Shown: positions 8,704 through 18,911, numbered from the stretch's first letter. The stretch: 64,000 bases of DNA from Thermodesulfobacteriota bacterium (GCA_965215275.1 OZ244044.1:1093561-1157560); one strand, 5' to 3'. The notes: a model not told the origin generated them from the letters alone. Numbers and translations are program-made.

Positions 8704-11700
8704 ATGTTTAAGATAATCCCCCCCCCATCTAAGTTATTACTAACCTTAGTCTTTATTCTACTGAGTATCATGGTCATAGCTGCAAAAGGGCAGAGCAGCC
8801 TGGAAGAAACATTATCTGAATGCAGAGATATCAGTGCAGGTCTGGAAGATCCGTTATACGGATGTCAGTGGCATCTGAATAACACTGGACAGTTAAGTAT
8901 TTCCGGAAAGAGAATAACAGCAGGAGAAGATATTAACGCAGAGGGAGTATGGAACGAAGAGGTATATGGTACTGGAATTAACGTAGCAGTTGTAAGTAAT
9001 GGAATAGACCTTTCACATGAGGACCTTTCTGCTAAGGTCCGTTCGGAACTGAACTACAACTTTTCTGGAAAAGATAATTCAGACAGTTCAGAGTTAAGTG
9101 GTACACGAGCGGCAGGAGTAACGGCAGCGGCTGGATATAACGGACTGGGAACAAGAGGAGTTGCACCTGGTGCGAGTATATACAGTAATAAGTTAACAGG
9201 AGATCTCAGGGAATCAGACGCAATGGAAGCAGGGGAAGCAATGGTGCGTAATAAAGAAATAACTGCAGTATCCGTCAGCGACCGGGGATCTGAGGACGGA
9301 GTTTTTCTTCAGGGTGCTTCGGCTGAGTGGGAAGAGGGAGTGGAAGAGGGTATAAGGGAAGGGTTTTACGGCAGGGGAATATTTTACGTCCTGGGAGCAG
9401 GGGACGGACATGAGAGCGGAGATCAGGCTAATTTTTCTGAATATTCCAATTACTACGGGGTAACAGCGGTGTGTTCAACGGACGGTTCTGGAAAGAAGAG
9501 CTTGTTTTCAGAAGAGGGAGTGAATCTGTGGGTATGTGCGCCTGGTCCTGATATAGCGACCACTGATAGCGACGACGATCACGCCGTGACGTCCGGAACT
9601 GTCCTTTCAGTTTCACGGGTCGCAGGTGTGGCGGCACTGCTGAGAGAGGTAAACGAAGACCTGAGCTGGAGGGATATAAAGCTTATACTTGCGGGTTCGG
9701 CACGGCAGAACGACGTTCCTGACATTAGCTGGGAGACTGGAGCGGTAAAATACGGTTCCGACGTGGAAAGATACAGATACAGTTCGAAATACGGTTTTGG
9801 CGTGGTGGACGCGGAGGCGGCCGCAGAGCTTGCCGGAAGCTGGAAAGGAGTGGGAGAAATGAGGACCGTTACAGCTTCCTCGGATAATGAACTGACGATC
9901 CCTGATGGAGAAGGAGAGGCGGACGGGGTCCTTACCTCCAGACTTATGATTTCGGACCTGGAGGAAATATTTACGGAGTTCGTTGAGGTAGAACTCGTTC
10001 TCTCGTGTGACTGCCTGCAGGACCTCAATATACGGATAACCTCTCCTTCCGGGACAGTATCGGAACTTGTGCGGGAGTCTGCCAGTGAGTTTGTAAGGGG
10101 ATCTTCGAATGAAGAAAACGACTGCGTCAGTTACCTGGGGAAAAAACATCGTTTCGGTTCGGCAAGACACCTCGGGGAAGACCCTTCCGGAGAATGGACC
10201 CTTAAGATATATAATACTGCTTCCGGAGATGAAGAAGATACAGAAAATACCGTTACCCTGCACTCATGGAGCATCAGGGTATACGGGCACGGGAAGGAAG
10301 ATACTTTAACGGACTTTGGCGGGGAGATCACTGCCAAGGCTTTAACTTTGGGTAATGTTCCTGGTGGTAGGCTGACCTGGACGCAACATAAGCTGGTAAA
10401 CGCAAGGTTATTCGAGGCAGCCGGAGGCAGGCCGCCGTATACTTACAGTTTAGCTCCTTTACCTCCTGGATTGAATTTTAACGGAACCACCAGAATTATA
10501 AACGGGAGACCGACCGCTGCAGGTGACACCGACGTTCAGTATACGGCAAGAGACGCAAATAACGATACGGCACGGAGTGACTTCGTTATAAGGATAACGG
10601 CGAACGCCGCGCCGGTTTTTGGCAGCAAGACGGTTGCTGCTCAGGTGTACACGGCAAGGAAAGCAATAGAACCATTGGAACTTCCCGAGGCAACGGGAGG
10701 GGATGGAACCTTGACTTACAATATAAGTGGTAACGTCAGGGGTATAGGGTTGAACTTTAACCGTAACACAAGGATACTGAGCGGAATGCCCACCAGTGTT
10801 ACGCCTGGTATTACAGCCGTTTATACCGCCACTGACGCAGATGGAGATACTGCCGAGCTGAGGTTCAATATACGGGTAAGACATCAGAACGACATACCGA
10901 CCTTCGGCAGTCAGATGGTAGATGATCAGAATTGGGTTAACGGCAGTGCGGTAAGGCTAACGCTGCCTCGTGCAAGAAACGGGAATGGAACGTTAACCTA
11001 CGGTATAACCCCTGCTTTGCCTGATGGACTGGACTTTGATCCTGGTACCAGAGTGCTGAGCGGAACACCGACCGCTGCGGCACCTGAGAACACTTACACG
11101 TATACGGTAACGGACAGTGATAACGATATTCATGAAAGTGATTCTGACAGTCTGACCTTCAGGATAAGAATAAAAGCTGCAACTGAAGTCCCAAGTTTCG
11201 GCAGTCAGACGGTAGGTAATAAGATTTATACAGCAGGGGTTCAAATATCACCATTCACGTTACCTCTTGCAACGCAAGGAACTGGAATTACACTCAGGTT
11301 AACCCCTCGTTTACCTTCCGGATTGAATTTTAACCATGCTACCGGAGAGATAAGTGGAATACCGACCACTGCAACGTCTGAGACTGATTATACATGGAGA
11401 GCAACGGACAGAGACGGATATACGGCTGAGATAACGTTCAGTATAACGATAAGAGCAGCAGACACGGAACCGACCTTCGGCGGTGAGACGACGGATGATC
11501 AGGAATACGTGGCAGGAAGTCAGATAACGCCGGTAACGCTGCCAGTGGCAACGGGAGGAAATGCTCCGTTAGCCTACGGTATAACCCCTGATCTGCCTGC
11601 TGGACTGGACTTTGATGAAAACGCCCGAGTGCTGAGCGGAACACCTACTACTGCAACGAGTAAGAATACCTATACATATACTGTAACGGACGAAGATGGA

Positions 11701-12483
11701 GACACGGATGAAATTGAGTTCGGTATCACCGTGTCGGAGGACACAATGCCGACCTTCGACGGTGAGACGATAGAAGACAAGGTGACCGTTAACGGCGTTA
11801 CAGAAGTAATGGAAACGCTGCCTCTTGCAACAGGAGGGAACGGAACGCTGACTTACAGTTTAACTGATGCCGGTTCAAATGCTTTGAATTTATTTGCCGG
11901 ACTGGACTGGGATGACAACACCCGGGTGCTGAGCGGAACACCCAATATCGGTTCAGCGCTGCTTCATCTGCTTCCTCGAACCGAGACTTACACGTGGACG
12001 GTAACGGACGAAGATGGAGATACAGCAGAGATAACGTTCAGTATAGTAATAGAAGAAGACAGCATGCCGGAATTCAGTGTGACGACGATAGAAGATCAGG
12101 TGTACAGGGGGAGATCAATAATGTTGCCGGTAGCAACGGGAGGGAATGCACCGTTAGTATACAGTATAACGCCTCCCTTACCTCCTGTATTGAGATTGAA
12201 CGAAAACACCGGGGTAATAAGCGGGACGTCCGTCCGTGCGTCATCTGCTGCTACTTACAGGTATACGGTAACGGACAGGGACGGAGACATGAAAGAGTTG
12301 ACCTTCAGGTTCAGTGCAGCGGCTCCGCCACCGACAAGTAGTAATTCAGGCGGAGGTGGAGGATGTGCTGTATCAGATCAGAGCATCGCCATTTTTGATA
12401 TTCTCGGAGTAATGGCATGTCTGATACTTATACCCGTGTCTGTAATTATCAGAAGGAAAAGAAGATCTCAGATAAAGACTTAG
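8704..12483 (+). CDS. large secreted kexin/subtilisin-like (S8) domain protein. Includes a P-domain, about 7-8 He_PIG (putative Ig / cadherin-like) repeats, and a C-terminal Gly-run/Cys–TM–basic sorting signal. Catalytic triad apparently substituted (pseudoprotease).
   Basis: 1259 aa. Signal peptide MFKIIPPPSKLLLTLVFILLSIMVIAAKG. Subtilase motifs are degenerate: VAVVSNGID (Asp→Ser), SGTRAAG (aligned with HGTRCAG of furin, His→Ser), TSGTVLS (aligned with GTS, Ser→Val). P-domain-like ITSPSGTVSEL...GEWTLKIYN. Repeats LPxATGGNGTLTY...LPxGLxFDxxTRVLSGTPT...TYTVTDxDGDTAE. C-terminus GGGGGCAVS...LILIPVSVII-RRKRRSQIKT. Confidence 0.8.
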   Translation: MFKIIPPPSKLLLTLVFILLSIMVIAAKGQSSLEETLSECRDISAGLEDPLYGCQWHLNNTGQLSISGKRITAGEDINAEGVWNEEVYGTGINVAVVSNGIDLSHEDLSAKVRSELNYNFSGKDNSDSSELSGTRAAGVTAAAGYNGLGTRGVAPGASIYSNKLTGDLRESDAMEAGEAMVRNKEITAVSVSDRGSEDGVFLQGASAEWEEGVEEGIREGFYGRGIFYVLGAGDGHESGDQANFSEYSNYYGVTAVCSTDGSGKKSLFSEEGVNLWVCAPGPDIATTDSDDDHAVTSGTVLSVSRVAGVAALLREVNEDLSWRDIKLILAGSARQNDVPDISWETGAVKYGSDVERYRYSSKYGFGVVDAEAAAELAGSWKGVGEMRTVTASSDNELTIPDGEGEADGVLTSRLMISDLEEIFTEFVEVELVLSCDCLQDLNIRITSPSGTVSELVRESASEFVRGSSNEENDCVSYLGKKHRFGSARHLGEDPSGEWTLKIYNTASGDEEDTENTVTLHSWSIRVYGHGKEDTLTDFGGEITAKALTLGNVPGGRLTWTQHKLVNARLFEAAGGRPPYTYSLAPLPPGLNFNGTTRIINGRPTAAGDTDVQYTARDANNDTARSDFVIRITANAAPVFGSKTVAAQVYTARKAIEPLELPEATGGDGTLTYNISGNVRGIGLNFNRNTRILSGMPTSVTPGITAVYTATDADGDTAELRFNIRVRHQNDIPTFGSQMVDDQNWVNGSAVRLTLPRARNGNGTLTYGITPALPDGLDFDPGTRVLSGTPTAAAPENTYTYTVTDSDNDIHESDSDSLTFRIRIKAATEVPSFGSQTVGNKIYTAGVQISPFTLPLATQGTGITLRLTPRLPSGLNFNHATGEISGIPTTATSETDYTWRATDRDGYTAEITFSITIRAADTEPTFGGETTDDQEYVAGSQITPVTLPVATGGNAPLAYGITPDLPAGLDFDENARVLSGTPTTATSKNTYTYTVTDEDGDTDEIEFGITVSEDTMPTFDGETIEDKVTVNGVTEVMETLPLATGGNGTLTYSLTDAGSNALNLFAGLDWDDNTRVLSGTPNIGSALLHLLPRTETYTWTVTDEDGDTAEITFSIVIEEDSMPEFSVTTIEDQVYRGRSIMLPVATGGNAPLVYSITPPLPPVLRLNENTGVISGTSVRASSAATYRYTVTDRDGDMKELTFRFSAAAPPPTSSNSGGGGGCAVSDQSIAIFDILGVMACLILIPVSVIIRRKRRSQIKT
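8718..8726 (+). repeat. homopolymeric C9 tract inside codons 5-8 (PPP) of paralog 1
   Basis: ATG TTT AAG ATA ATC CCC CCC CCA; the downstream frame is in-phase (ON). Confidence 0.9.
10330..12300 (+). repeat. array of about 95-aa He_PIG/cadherin-like tandem protein repeats within paralog 1
   Basis: Recurrent motif LP(V/L)ATGGN(G/A)(T/P)LTYxITPxLPxGLxFDxxTRVLSGTPT...YTYTVTDxDGDTxE seen at least 7 times. Confidence 0.7.
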
Positions 12484-12994
12484 TAATGAGGTCCTTTCAA
12501 AGGTATTGAACTAACCAAGATATTTCCCATCAGAATATTTGCTGGTTGCTTACGGGAGAAGAAGTGGTATCTCCATAGTTAAAGTCCTCTTTTTCTTTTG
12601 ATCTTCAATGTTCTTATTACCACAAGGTTTTCCACCCGATACAAATATGATACTGTTAAAAACGTCTTTTTTATTCATTTGGCGGAGTTAGCTATATAAT
12701 TTCCTAAATAATGTTTACTGTAAGCTATTCAAGGCAGAAATCAGTCCACAAATTACAGTTCCAATTATAAACACGCCTAGCCGGAGTGGAAAATCTTAAA
12801 CAAATTGTGGAAAAAACATGTTGTAATAGTTTGCAAAGTGATAGATTCATCACCTTCTCAACCCCTACATCAAAAACCAAAAACACAATAAAGGTCACTT
12901 ATAGGAACGAACCTGTTTTTGACATATACCTGATGATCTTCCTGAAACTAAAAACTTAAATCCTGATATAAACCATCAAGGTCCATTACAACTC

Positions 12995-14557
12995 CTAATG
13001 CTTGAAATGCCTCGTTCCTGTAAACACCATGGACATACCGTGCTCGTCAGCGGAAGCTATGGTCTCCTCGTCCCTGATAGAACCCCCGGGCTGAACGATG
13101 GCAGTGATCCCGGCTTTTGCAGCTTCATCGATACCGTCCTTGAACGGGAAGAAGGCATCCGACGCCAACACGGATCCCTGAACGTCGACCTGTGCTTTCA
13201 TCGTCGCGATCTTCACAGAGTCCACCCTGTTCATCTGACCAGCCCCTATACCAACGGTACGACCGTTCTTTGCAAAGATGATCGCATTTGATTTTACGTG
13301 TTTACAGACCTTCCAGGCAAACTTCATATCTTCTATCTCCTGCTCCGTGGGCTTGCGCTTTGAAGCAACGCTCAAACCCTTAAAATCCTGGTCCGACGTT
13401 GAATCGCTGTCCTGGATCAGCATACCTCCAACGACTTTCTTAAAATCAAACTCGGCAGAACTGGAAGCCTTCGACACGGGCACCTGCAATATTCTGACGT
13501 TCTTCTTGGACCTGAAGACCTGGAGTGCTTTTTCGTCATATCCCGGGGCTATAACCACCTCCACGAACATGTTCCCTATCTCCTGTGCCGTAGGTTCGTC
13601 CACTTCCTCGTTGAAGGCGATTATTCCCCCAAACGCACTGACGGGATCACATTCCTTGGCTTTGAGGAACGCCTGAAGGAGGACCTGATCGGTCGCCACG
13701 CCGCATGGATTGTTATGCTTTACGACCACGCACGCGGTCTCGCTGAACTCCTTGACCAGTTCAAGAGCAGAGTTGGCATCGTATATATTGTTCAATGAAA
13801 GTTCCTTGCCCCAGAGCTGTTTTGCATTCGATACGCAGGAGTAAGACAAGTCTGATCTTACATAAAAAGCCCCTTCCTGATGCGGATTTTCACCGTATCT
13901 GAGGTCCATCTTCTTTTCCAGATGCAGCGTATAGCTTCTCGGCAGTTTAGAACGCGTCCCATCTTCGTTCAGTACCGACAGGTAATTGGAAATTGCCGCA
14001 TCGTAGCGGGCAACATAGGAAAATGCCTTCGTGGCAAGTCTTAAATTGGTCCGGCTGGTAACGGAACCTTCGTTGTTCCTAATCTCCTCTATTATATTTT
14101 CATAATCCTTCGGGTCGGTCACAATGGATACGTCTTTATAGTTCTTGGCAGCCGCCCTGAGCATTGTGGGACCACCAATGTCAATGTTCTCGATCGCCTC
14201 TTCCAGCGTAACGCCGTCCTTCTTTATCACCTCTTCAAAAGGGTAAAGGTTAACGACCACCATATCTATTGGTCTGATATTATTGTCCTTCATCTGTTTC
14301 TGATGCTCTTTATTGCTCCGCACCGCAAGGATACCACCGTGTACCATCGGATGAAGCGTCTTCACCCTGCCGTTCAATATCTCGCTTGAGCGGGTGTATT
14401 CAGATATATCTGACACCTTGACCCCGGCATCCCTGATATGTTTTGCCGTACCGCCCGTTGAAAGTATTTCCACGCCCATTTCATCAAGGCTTTTCGCAAG
14501 GTCCGTCACGCCTTCCTTATCGGAAACACTTATTATAACTCTGTTGATCTTTGCCAT
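12995..14557 (-). CDS. purH: bifunctional AICAR transformylase / IMP cyclohydrolase
   Basis: 520 aa with an N-terminal MGS-like domain and a C-terminal AICARFT domain. Confidence 0.9.
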   Translation of the reverse strand: MAKINRVIISVSDKEGVTDLAKSLDEMGVEILSTGGTAKHIRDAGVKVSDISEYTRSSEILNGRVKTLHPMVHGGILAVRSNKEHQKQMKDNNIRPIDMVVVNLYPFEEVIKKDGVTLEEAIENIDIGGPTMLRAAAKNYKDVSIVTDPKDYENIIEEIRNNEGSVTSRTNLRLATKAFSYVARYDAAISNYLSVLNEDGTRSKLPRSYTLHLEKKMDLRYGENPHQEGAFYVRSDLSYSCVSNAKQLWGKELSLNNIYDANSALELVKEFSETACVVVKHNNPCGVATDQVLLQAFLKAKECDPVSAFGGIIAFNEEVDEPTAQEIGNMFVEVVIAPGYDEKALQVFRSKKNVRILQVPVSKASSSAEFDFKKVVGGMLIQDSDSTSDQDFKGLSVASKRKPTEQEIEDMKFAWKVCKHVKSNAIIFAKNGRTVGIGAGQMNRVDSVKIATMKAQVDVQGSVLASDAFFPFKDGIDEAAKAGITAIVQPGGSIRDEETIASADEHGMSMVFTGTRHFKH

Positions 14558-14722
14558 TTCACGCTCCTTTTTTTTATAAACAGTTAAGATATAACTCAGT
14601 TAATCTGATCATCAAATATAAGGCATTTATAAAGCAGGTTCAAATTAACGCCCCTTTGAGAAAATCATAGTTTAACGTATAATCATCTCAAAGCTATAAC
14701 TGTAAACGGGCTGGATTAGCTA

Positions 14723-15610
14723 ATGACATCTACGAGAGATAAGAGTTCTTTATACATAAAGGTCGGACTGTTCGTCTTTATAACCATAATGATATTCTTC
14801 ATCGGTATTTTTGTGGTTACCGGAGATAAGAAGTTCTTTGAAAAAGAGTATTATATAAAAACCCATTTTGAAAACACGTCAGGTCTTCTGCGGGGTGCCT
14901 ACGTAAGGCTTTCGGGAGTGAAGATCGGTACCGTGCACTCGATCGATTTTCCAGGCAGTACGAAAGAAAACTTCATTGAGGTCACGCTCAAGGTAAACGA
15001 ACAGGGAGCAAGACGTATCACCCCCGACTCCAAGGCCGTGATCCAGACGGAAGGGCTGCTTGGTGCGAATTACATAGAAATCGTCCGGGGAAAGCTTCCT
15101 TCTTTTACCGATATTGACAGGGAAATGGTAATTGAAAGCCGTACCCCTCCAGAACTTCAGGAACTGATCGGAAGTTCGGATCAGCTGCTTACGAACCTGA
15201 TAAAGATATCAGAAAATCTGAATAAGGTGTCCGGGATGTTAAGTGACAGACAGACCATGGATAAATTCAGCAAGACCCTTGATTCTGTCAAAAAAAGTAC
15301 AGATGAACTCAGCAAGACCCTGTCCGCCATTGAAAAAGGTGGTGTGCTCCATAAACTGATATACGACGAGAAACTGGCACAAGAACTGACCGCTGTAATG
15401 AACGATATCAGCAAGACCTCAAGCAACTTAAAAGACATTTCAAAAAGCCTGAAAGACGGAGAGGGAACCCTGGGAGCACTTCTGATCGACCCATCCGTTC
15501 ATGACAGGCTTAAAGGCGTTTTAGGAGAGGCGGAAAGAAGCAGATTTATAAGAGCTGGCGTTCGGTACCTGATGGAGAAACGTAAAAATGGAACGGACGA
15601 CAAGCCGTGA
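14723..15610 (+). CDS. MCE/MlaD-family protein (outer-membrane lipid asymmetry / Mce-like)
   Basis: 295 aa, N-terminal TM helix then an MCE domain (GVKIGTV...), C-terminal coiled-coil. Confidence 0.7.
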   Translation: MTSTRDKSSLYIKVGLFVFITIMIFFIGIFVVTGDKKFFEKEYYIKTHFENTSGLLRGAYVRLSGVKIGTVHSIDFPGSTKENFIEVTLKVNEQGARRITPDSKAVIQTEGLLGANYIEIVRGKLPSFTDIDREMVIESRTPPELQELIGSSDQLLTNLIKISENLNKVSGMLSDRQTMDKFSKTLDSVKKSTDELSKTLSAIEKGGVLHKLIYDEKLAQELTAVMNDISKTSSNLKDISKSLKDGEGTLGALLIDPSVHDRLKGVLGEAERSRFIRAGVRYLMEKRKNGTDDKP

Positions 15611-15713
15611 CCCACACGGTTATAAATTTTTATGAATTGACACTGTATACGATATCTTGCTACAGTATTCAGTAGATCGTAATAAAAAACCAATTATTAA
15701 GGAGGAAGAAAAA

Positions 15714-16499
15714 ATGAGATACTTAAACAGATCTTTAGTTATTTTTGCCTTGTCGCTTTCGGTGTTGCTCGTAAGTGCGGCTGCGTCCTCAGCGGGTCAC
15801 AAAAAACTGCCTGCTCCGCAGCTTGTGACCAACGCCTGGATGTTCATTGCGGCCTACAAGGCGGACCCGAAAGCCCTTAAAGAACTCCTGCCACCAGGAC
15901 TTGAACCAAGTCCGGACGGACAGGTGGTGATAAATATGTACACCGTGCCGAAAGCGGATCAGACCTCGGGGTTCGGTTCATACACCCTGACCTATTTAAC
16001 CATTGAACTGAAGGATCAGAACTCCTACGTCATGAATTCGGACATAACCTATCCCGGACGTTATTTCGTTCATTATTTCAACAGTTCCAAGGCTATGAGA
16101 AAGTTTACAAAAAAGATAGGTATTCCGGCACGAAAAGGTAAGACCACTACCGTGGTCAAAAACGGCAGGCTAACGGCAAAATTGACCGTCAAGGGAAAGC
16201 CTTTCATTGTGGCCAAGGCTGACGTGGGAAGCAAGCTCAGCCCCCCTAGCGGCGGACATCTGAACTACTTCGGTCTTCGCAAGGCACGCAGGATCGGAAC
16301 GTCTAAAAGTAAGGTGGTAAAATATCCCATTCCCTTTGTCGGACGGGTTGCCCAGGTCTCCAATGCCAGGATAGAGTTCAAGGCACCCAAGAAACATCCG
16401 ATATGGAAGATACAACCCACGGACCCATCTCCCGTCTGGGCAGTGTGGATGAAGGGAAGTTTCGTCTATCCTCAATATCAGGTCATAAAAGAGTTCTGA
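15714..16499 (+). CDS. exported hypothetical protein (signal peptide); start placed at the internal ATG with a strong SD
   Basis: AAGGAGG lies 9 nt upstream of ATG 15714. MRYLNRSLVIFALSLSVLLVSAAASSAG is a signal peptide. The longer ORF from 15657 lacks an RBS. Confidence 0.6.
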   Translation: MRYLNRSLVIFALSLSVLLVSAAASSAGHKKLPAPQLVTNAWMFIAAYKADPKALKELLPPGLEPSPDGQVVINMYTVPKADQTSGFGSYTLTYLTIELKDQNSYVMNSDITYPGRYFVHYFNSSKAMRKFTKKIGIPARKGKTTTVVKNGRLTAKLTVKGKPFIVAKADVGSKLSPPSGGHLNYFGLRKARRIGTSKSKVVKYPIPFVGRVAQVSNARIEFKAPKKHPIWKIQPTDPSPVWAVWMKGSFVYPQYQVIKEF

Positions 16500-16610
16500 C
16501 CCTGATACTATAAGCGTGATCTGCCAAAAGGCAGGTATTTTAAAGTACCTGCCTTTTCTCTAATATCTTCACTTTTAAAGCTGAAACGAACCAGGACTTA
16601 CCGGAAAAGT

Positions 16611-18911
16611 TCAGACCGTGGGGCTTGAACCGCTGTTCTCACCCTGTTTATCCTTTCTGCCGTAACTGAGAACGTCCATAGGGCACACGGTAACGCATAT
16701 TCCACAACCGATACAGGAGCTTGTCGTATTATCAAGCGTTTTTTGCTTTAACGCATAGTTCATCACGTCAATGCCCACCTGGCAGTTCCTTGAGCATTCA
16801 TTACACGCAATACACTTATTGTTCGCCTCTATTTTGAACTTACCTATTCCCAGTCTGGCAAAAAGTTGTGATTCCCACTGCATCAACTTTGCCAGCGGAC
16901 ACCAATAGCGACACCATACCTTACCTCCTAAAAACGGATAGAGGGTAACGGGCAGTATCCCCACCAGCCAGACATCCACCATTATTCTGTAAATATTGAC
17001 CGACCAGTCCGCAGGGTTCCTGAATATCTCAATGGTGTTCCTGGAAATAAAGATAACGGTAACGACCGCGGCAAATATAAGCACCGCGGTATTCATCCAT
17101 TCCCAGCTGATGGACCTTTTGCCTTTTGGCGCAAGATGTCTCCAGCGGTCCCCGAACGTTTCGGCCAAACCTCCGCATCCGCATATCCAGGAACAGTACC
17201 GCTTGCCATTGAATATCACGAACACGGGGATCACGACAAAGGTCAGTAATATACCCCAGATCACCCATATCTTGTTCGGGTCGTAAAAGAACGTATAGAA
17301 GAACAGGGGCCACGCATAAACGATCCCATAAGACCGCCACCCCTGTTCAGCGAACGACGGGTCGCTCGCAAGCTGCTGTCCTACCCACTGGTAATTGATC
17401 GCCCATTGAAAGAGAAATTCAGGAACAATGAAGAAAAATATCCATTGAAAGCTCAGCAGGCTCGCGTATCGCCATATCTGGTATTTATCCTTTCTGTCAA
17501 GTCCCCACCTTTTAAGTGCCTGTATTCCAAAAATGGTCATGAGCGCGGTATACATGACCGTATACCAGAACGACCAGGGTCTGTCCGCAAAGGACAGTAA
17601 TTTATATCCCCAGTCCTTATACGGCCAGAACTCCTGTCCTTCACCCACCTTGACGCCGTAGATCGTGTACCATACCAGAAAAGATATCCCCAGCCATGAA
17701 TAACGGTCTCCCTTGATCCCCATCTTTACAAGGACCGCAAGGGGAACAGCTGCAACCCCAAGCCCCAGCAGACTCGGTATGCTGGTCAGGTCGTTCCCGA
17801 ACAGCACCGCGTGTCCGCCAAACAACCACAGTCCGAACATCGTCAGGAGCGTAAGCGTAAGGGAGTGCAACAAGCTGCCGTTCCATTCGTTCTCGAGTTT
17901 AATTCCAAGTGATTTTAAAAACCTCTTTGGAATATCGGCACCGATCAGTACGAACGCGTGATCGTAAGGGACGTTCTCTGTCTGTTCATGTCCGCCCTTA
18001 TCAACGGAAAGAACGGCTTCTGTTCTTCCAAACTCCTTTACGGTGGAATTCAGTATCAACTTTACCCTTCCTGACGCGATCTTTTCGTTCAGTAATCTCT
18101 CATTGTCTTTAAATATCCGTGAGAACTCACCTTTTCTGTATGAAAGATATACCGTATTAAGTTCGCTGAGGGTTATGGCTGCCTCGACCGCGCTGTTACC
18201 GCCACCAACTATCAGAACGTTCTCACCGCTGTATTCTTTCGGACTGTAAAGCTGATGGTAAACCTGCTCCATCTCTTCCCCGGGTACATTGAGCTTTCTT
18301 GGATTACCCCGCATTCCGGTCGCAAGGATAACTCTTCTGGCCTGATAACTGGACCTGGGGGTCTTTACCTCAAATACATCACCGTATCTTTCTATACTCT
18401 CAAGGGGTTCCGCCAATCGCACGTCAATACCGTTGGAGTCTATTATATCGTTCCACCTCCTGACGAGGTCTTCCTTTTGTGCACCATCAAGCCAGAGCTT
18501 GCCTTTTGAAGGAACCTTGTCAGGTTCGGCGTATACCCACTTGCCTTCAGGAAAATTCTCTATCGTGTTGGCTATCTTGCCCTTTTCCAGAACTATACAG
18601 CTAAGCCCCAGGTCCTGAGCGGTCAAAGCGGCGTTCAATCCAGCCGCCCCTGCCCCAACTATCACAATATCAAAAACCCCCTTACGGTCATATTTCGCAT
18701 CGGGTAAGGAGGCTATGTGATTTACAACGTTAAACCCCTGCTCCATTGCCAGTTTTATTACAGGTGCTCCAGCCAGGTCGCCAATTATATAGATCCCGTC
18801 AATGTTGCTCTCAAAGTTCCTGTTTATCCGCGGCCGCTGCCTCTCTCCCGTGCCGGTGATCAGTATCGCTTCTGCTTTGGATTCTATGAAATGCGTTACT
18901 CTGTTGATCAT
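16611..18911 (-). CDS. fusion protein: FAD/NAD(P)-binding pyridine nucleotide-disulfide oxidoreductase fused to a NapH/MauN-like polytopic membrane 4Fe-4S ferredoxin
   Basis: 766 aa. GxGxxG (DIVIVGAGAAGLNAA) plus a second NAD-binding motif (VLIVGGGNSAVE). Multiple TM helices, CX3CP-type motifs (YCSWICGCGG, WCRYWCPLAK) and two C-terminal CxxCxxCxxxCP clusters. Confidence 0.65.
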   Translation of the reverse strand: MINRVTHFIESKAEAILITGTGERQRPRINRNFESNIDGIYIIGDLAGAPVIKLAMEQGFNVVNHIASLPDAKYDRKGVFDIVIVGAGAAGLNAALTAQDLGLSCIVLEKGKIANTIENFPEGKWVYAEPDKVPSKGKLWLDGAQKEDLVRRWNDIIDSNGIDVRLAEPLESIERYGDVFEVKTPRSSYQARRVILATGMRGNPRKLNVPGEEMEQVYHQLYSPKEYSGENVLIVGGGNSAVEAAITLSELNTVYLSYRKGEFSRIFKDNERLLNEKIASGRVKLILNSTVKEFGRTEAVLSVDKGGHEQTENVPYDHAFVLIGADIPKRFLKSLGIKLENEWNGSLLHSLTLTLLTMFGLWLFGGHAVLFGNDLTSIPSLLGLGVAAVPLAVLVKMGIKGDRYSWLGISFLVWYTIYGVKVGEGQEFWPYKDWGYKLLSFADRPWSFWYTVMYTALMTIFGIQALKRWGLDRKDKYQIWRYASLLSFQWIFFFIVPEFLFQWAINYQWVGQQLASDPSFAEQGWRSYGIVYAWPLFFYTFFYDPNKIWVIWGILLTFVVIPVFVIFNGKRYCSWICGCGGLAETFGDRWRHLAPKGKRSISWEWMNTAVLIFAAVVTVIFISRNTIEIFRNPADWSVNIYRIMVDVWLVGILPVTLYPFLGGKVWCRYWCPLAKLMQWESQLFARLGIGKFKIEANNKCIACNECSRNCQVGIDVMNYALKQKTLDNTTSSCIGCGICVTVCPMDVLSYGRKDKQGENSGSSPTV

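Noticed and set aside
9214-12341. Antisense ORFs up to 216 aa within the paralog 1 repeat region (e.g. 9613-10263 -)
   Set aside because: Generated by the Gly/Thr/Pro-rich, low-stop composition of the repeat array. The sense strand has clear domain homology.
12484-12994. 510-bp convergent intergenic region between paralog 1 and purH as a possible ncRNA/MITE
   Set aside because: No repeats, hairpins or termini matching the IS ends were seen by eye. Only the about 30-bp 3' flank is shared with paralog 2.
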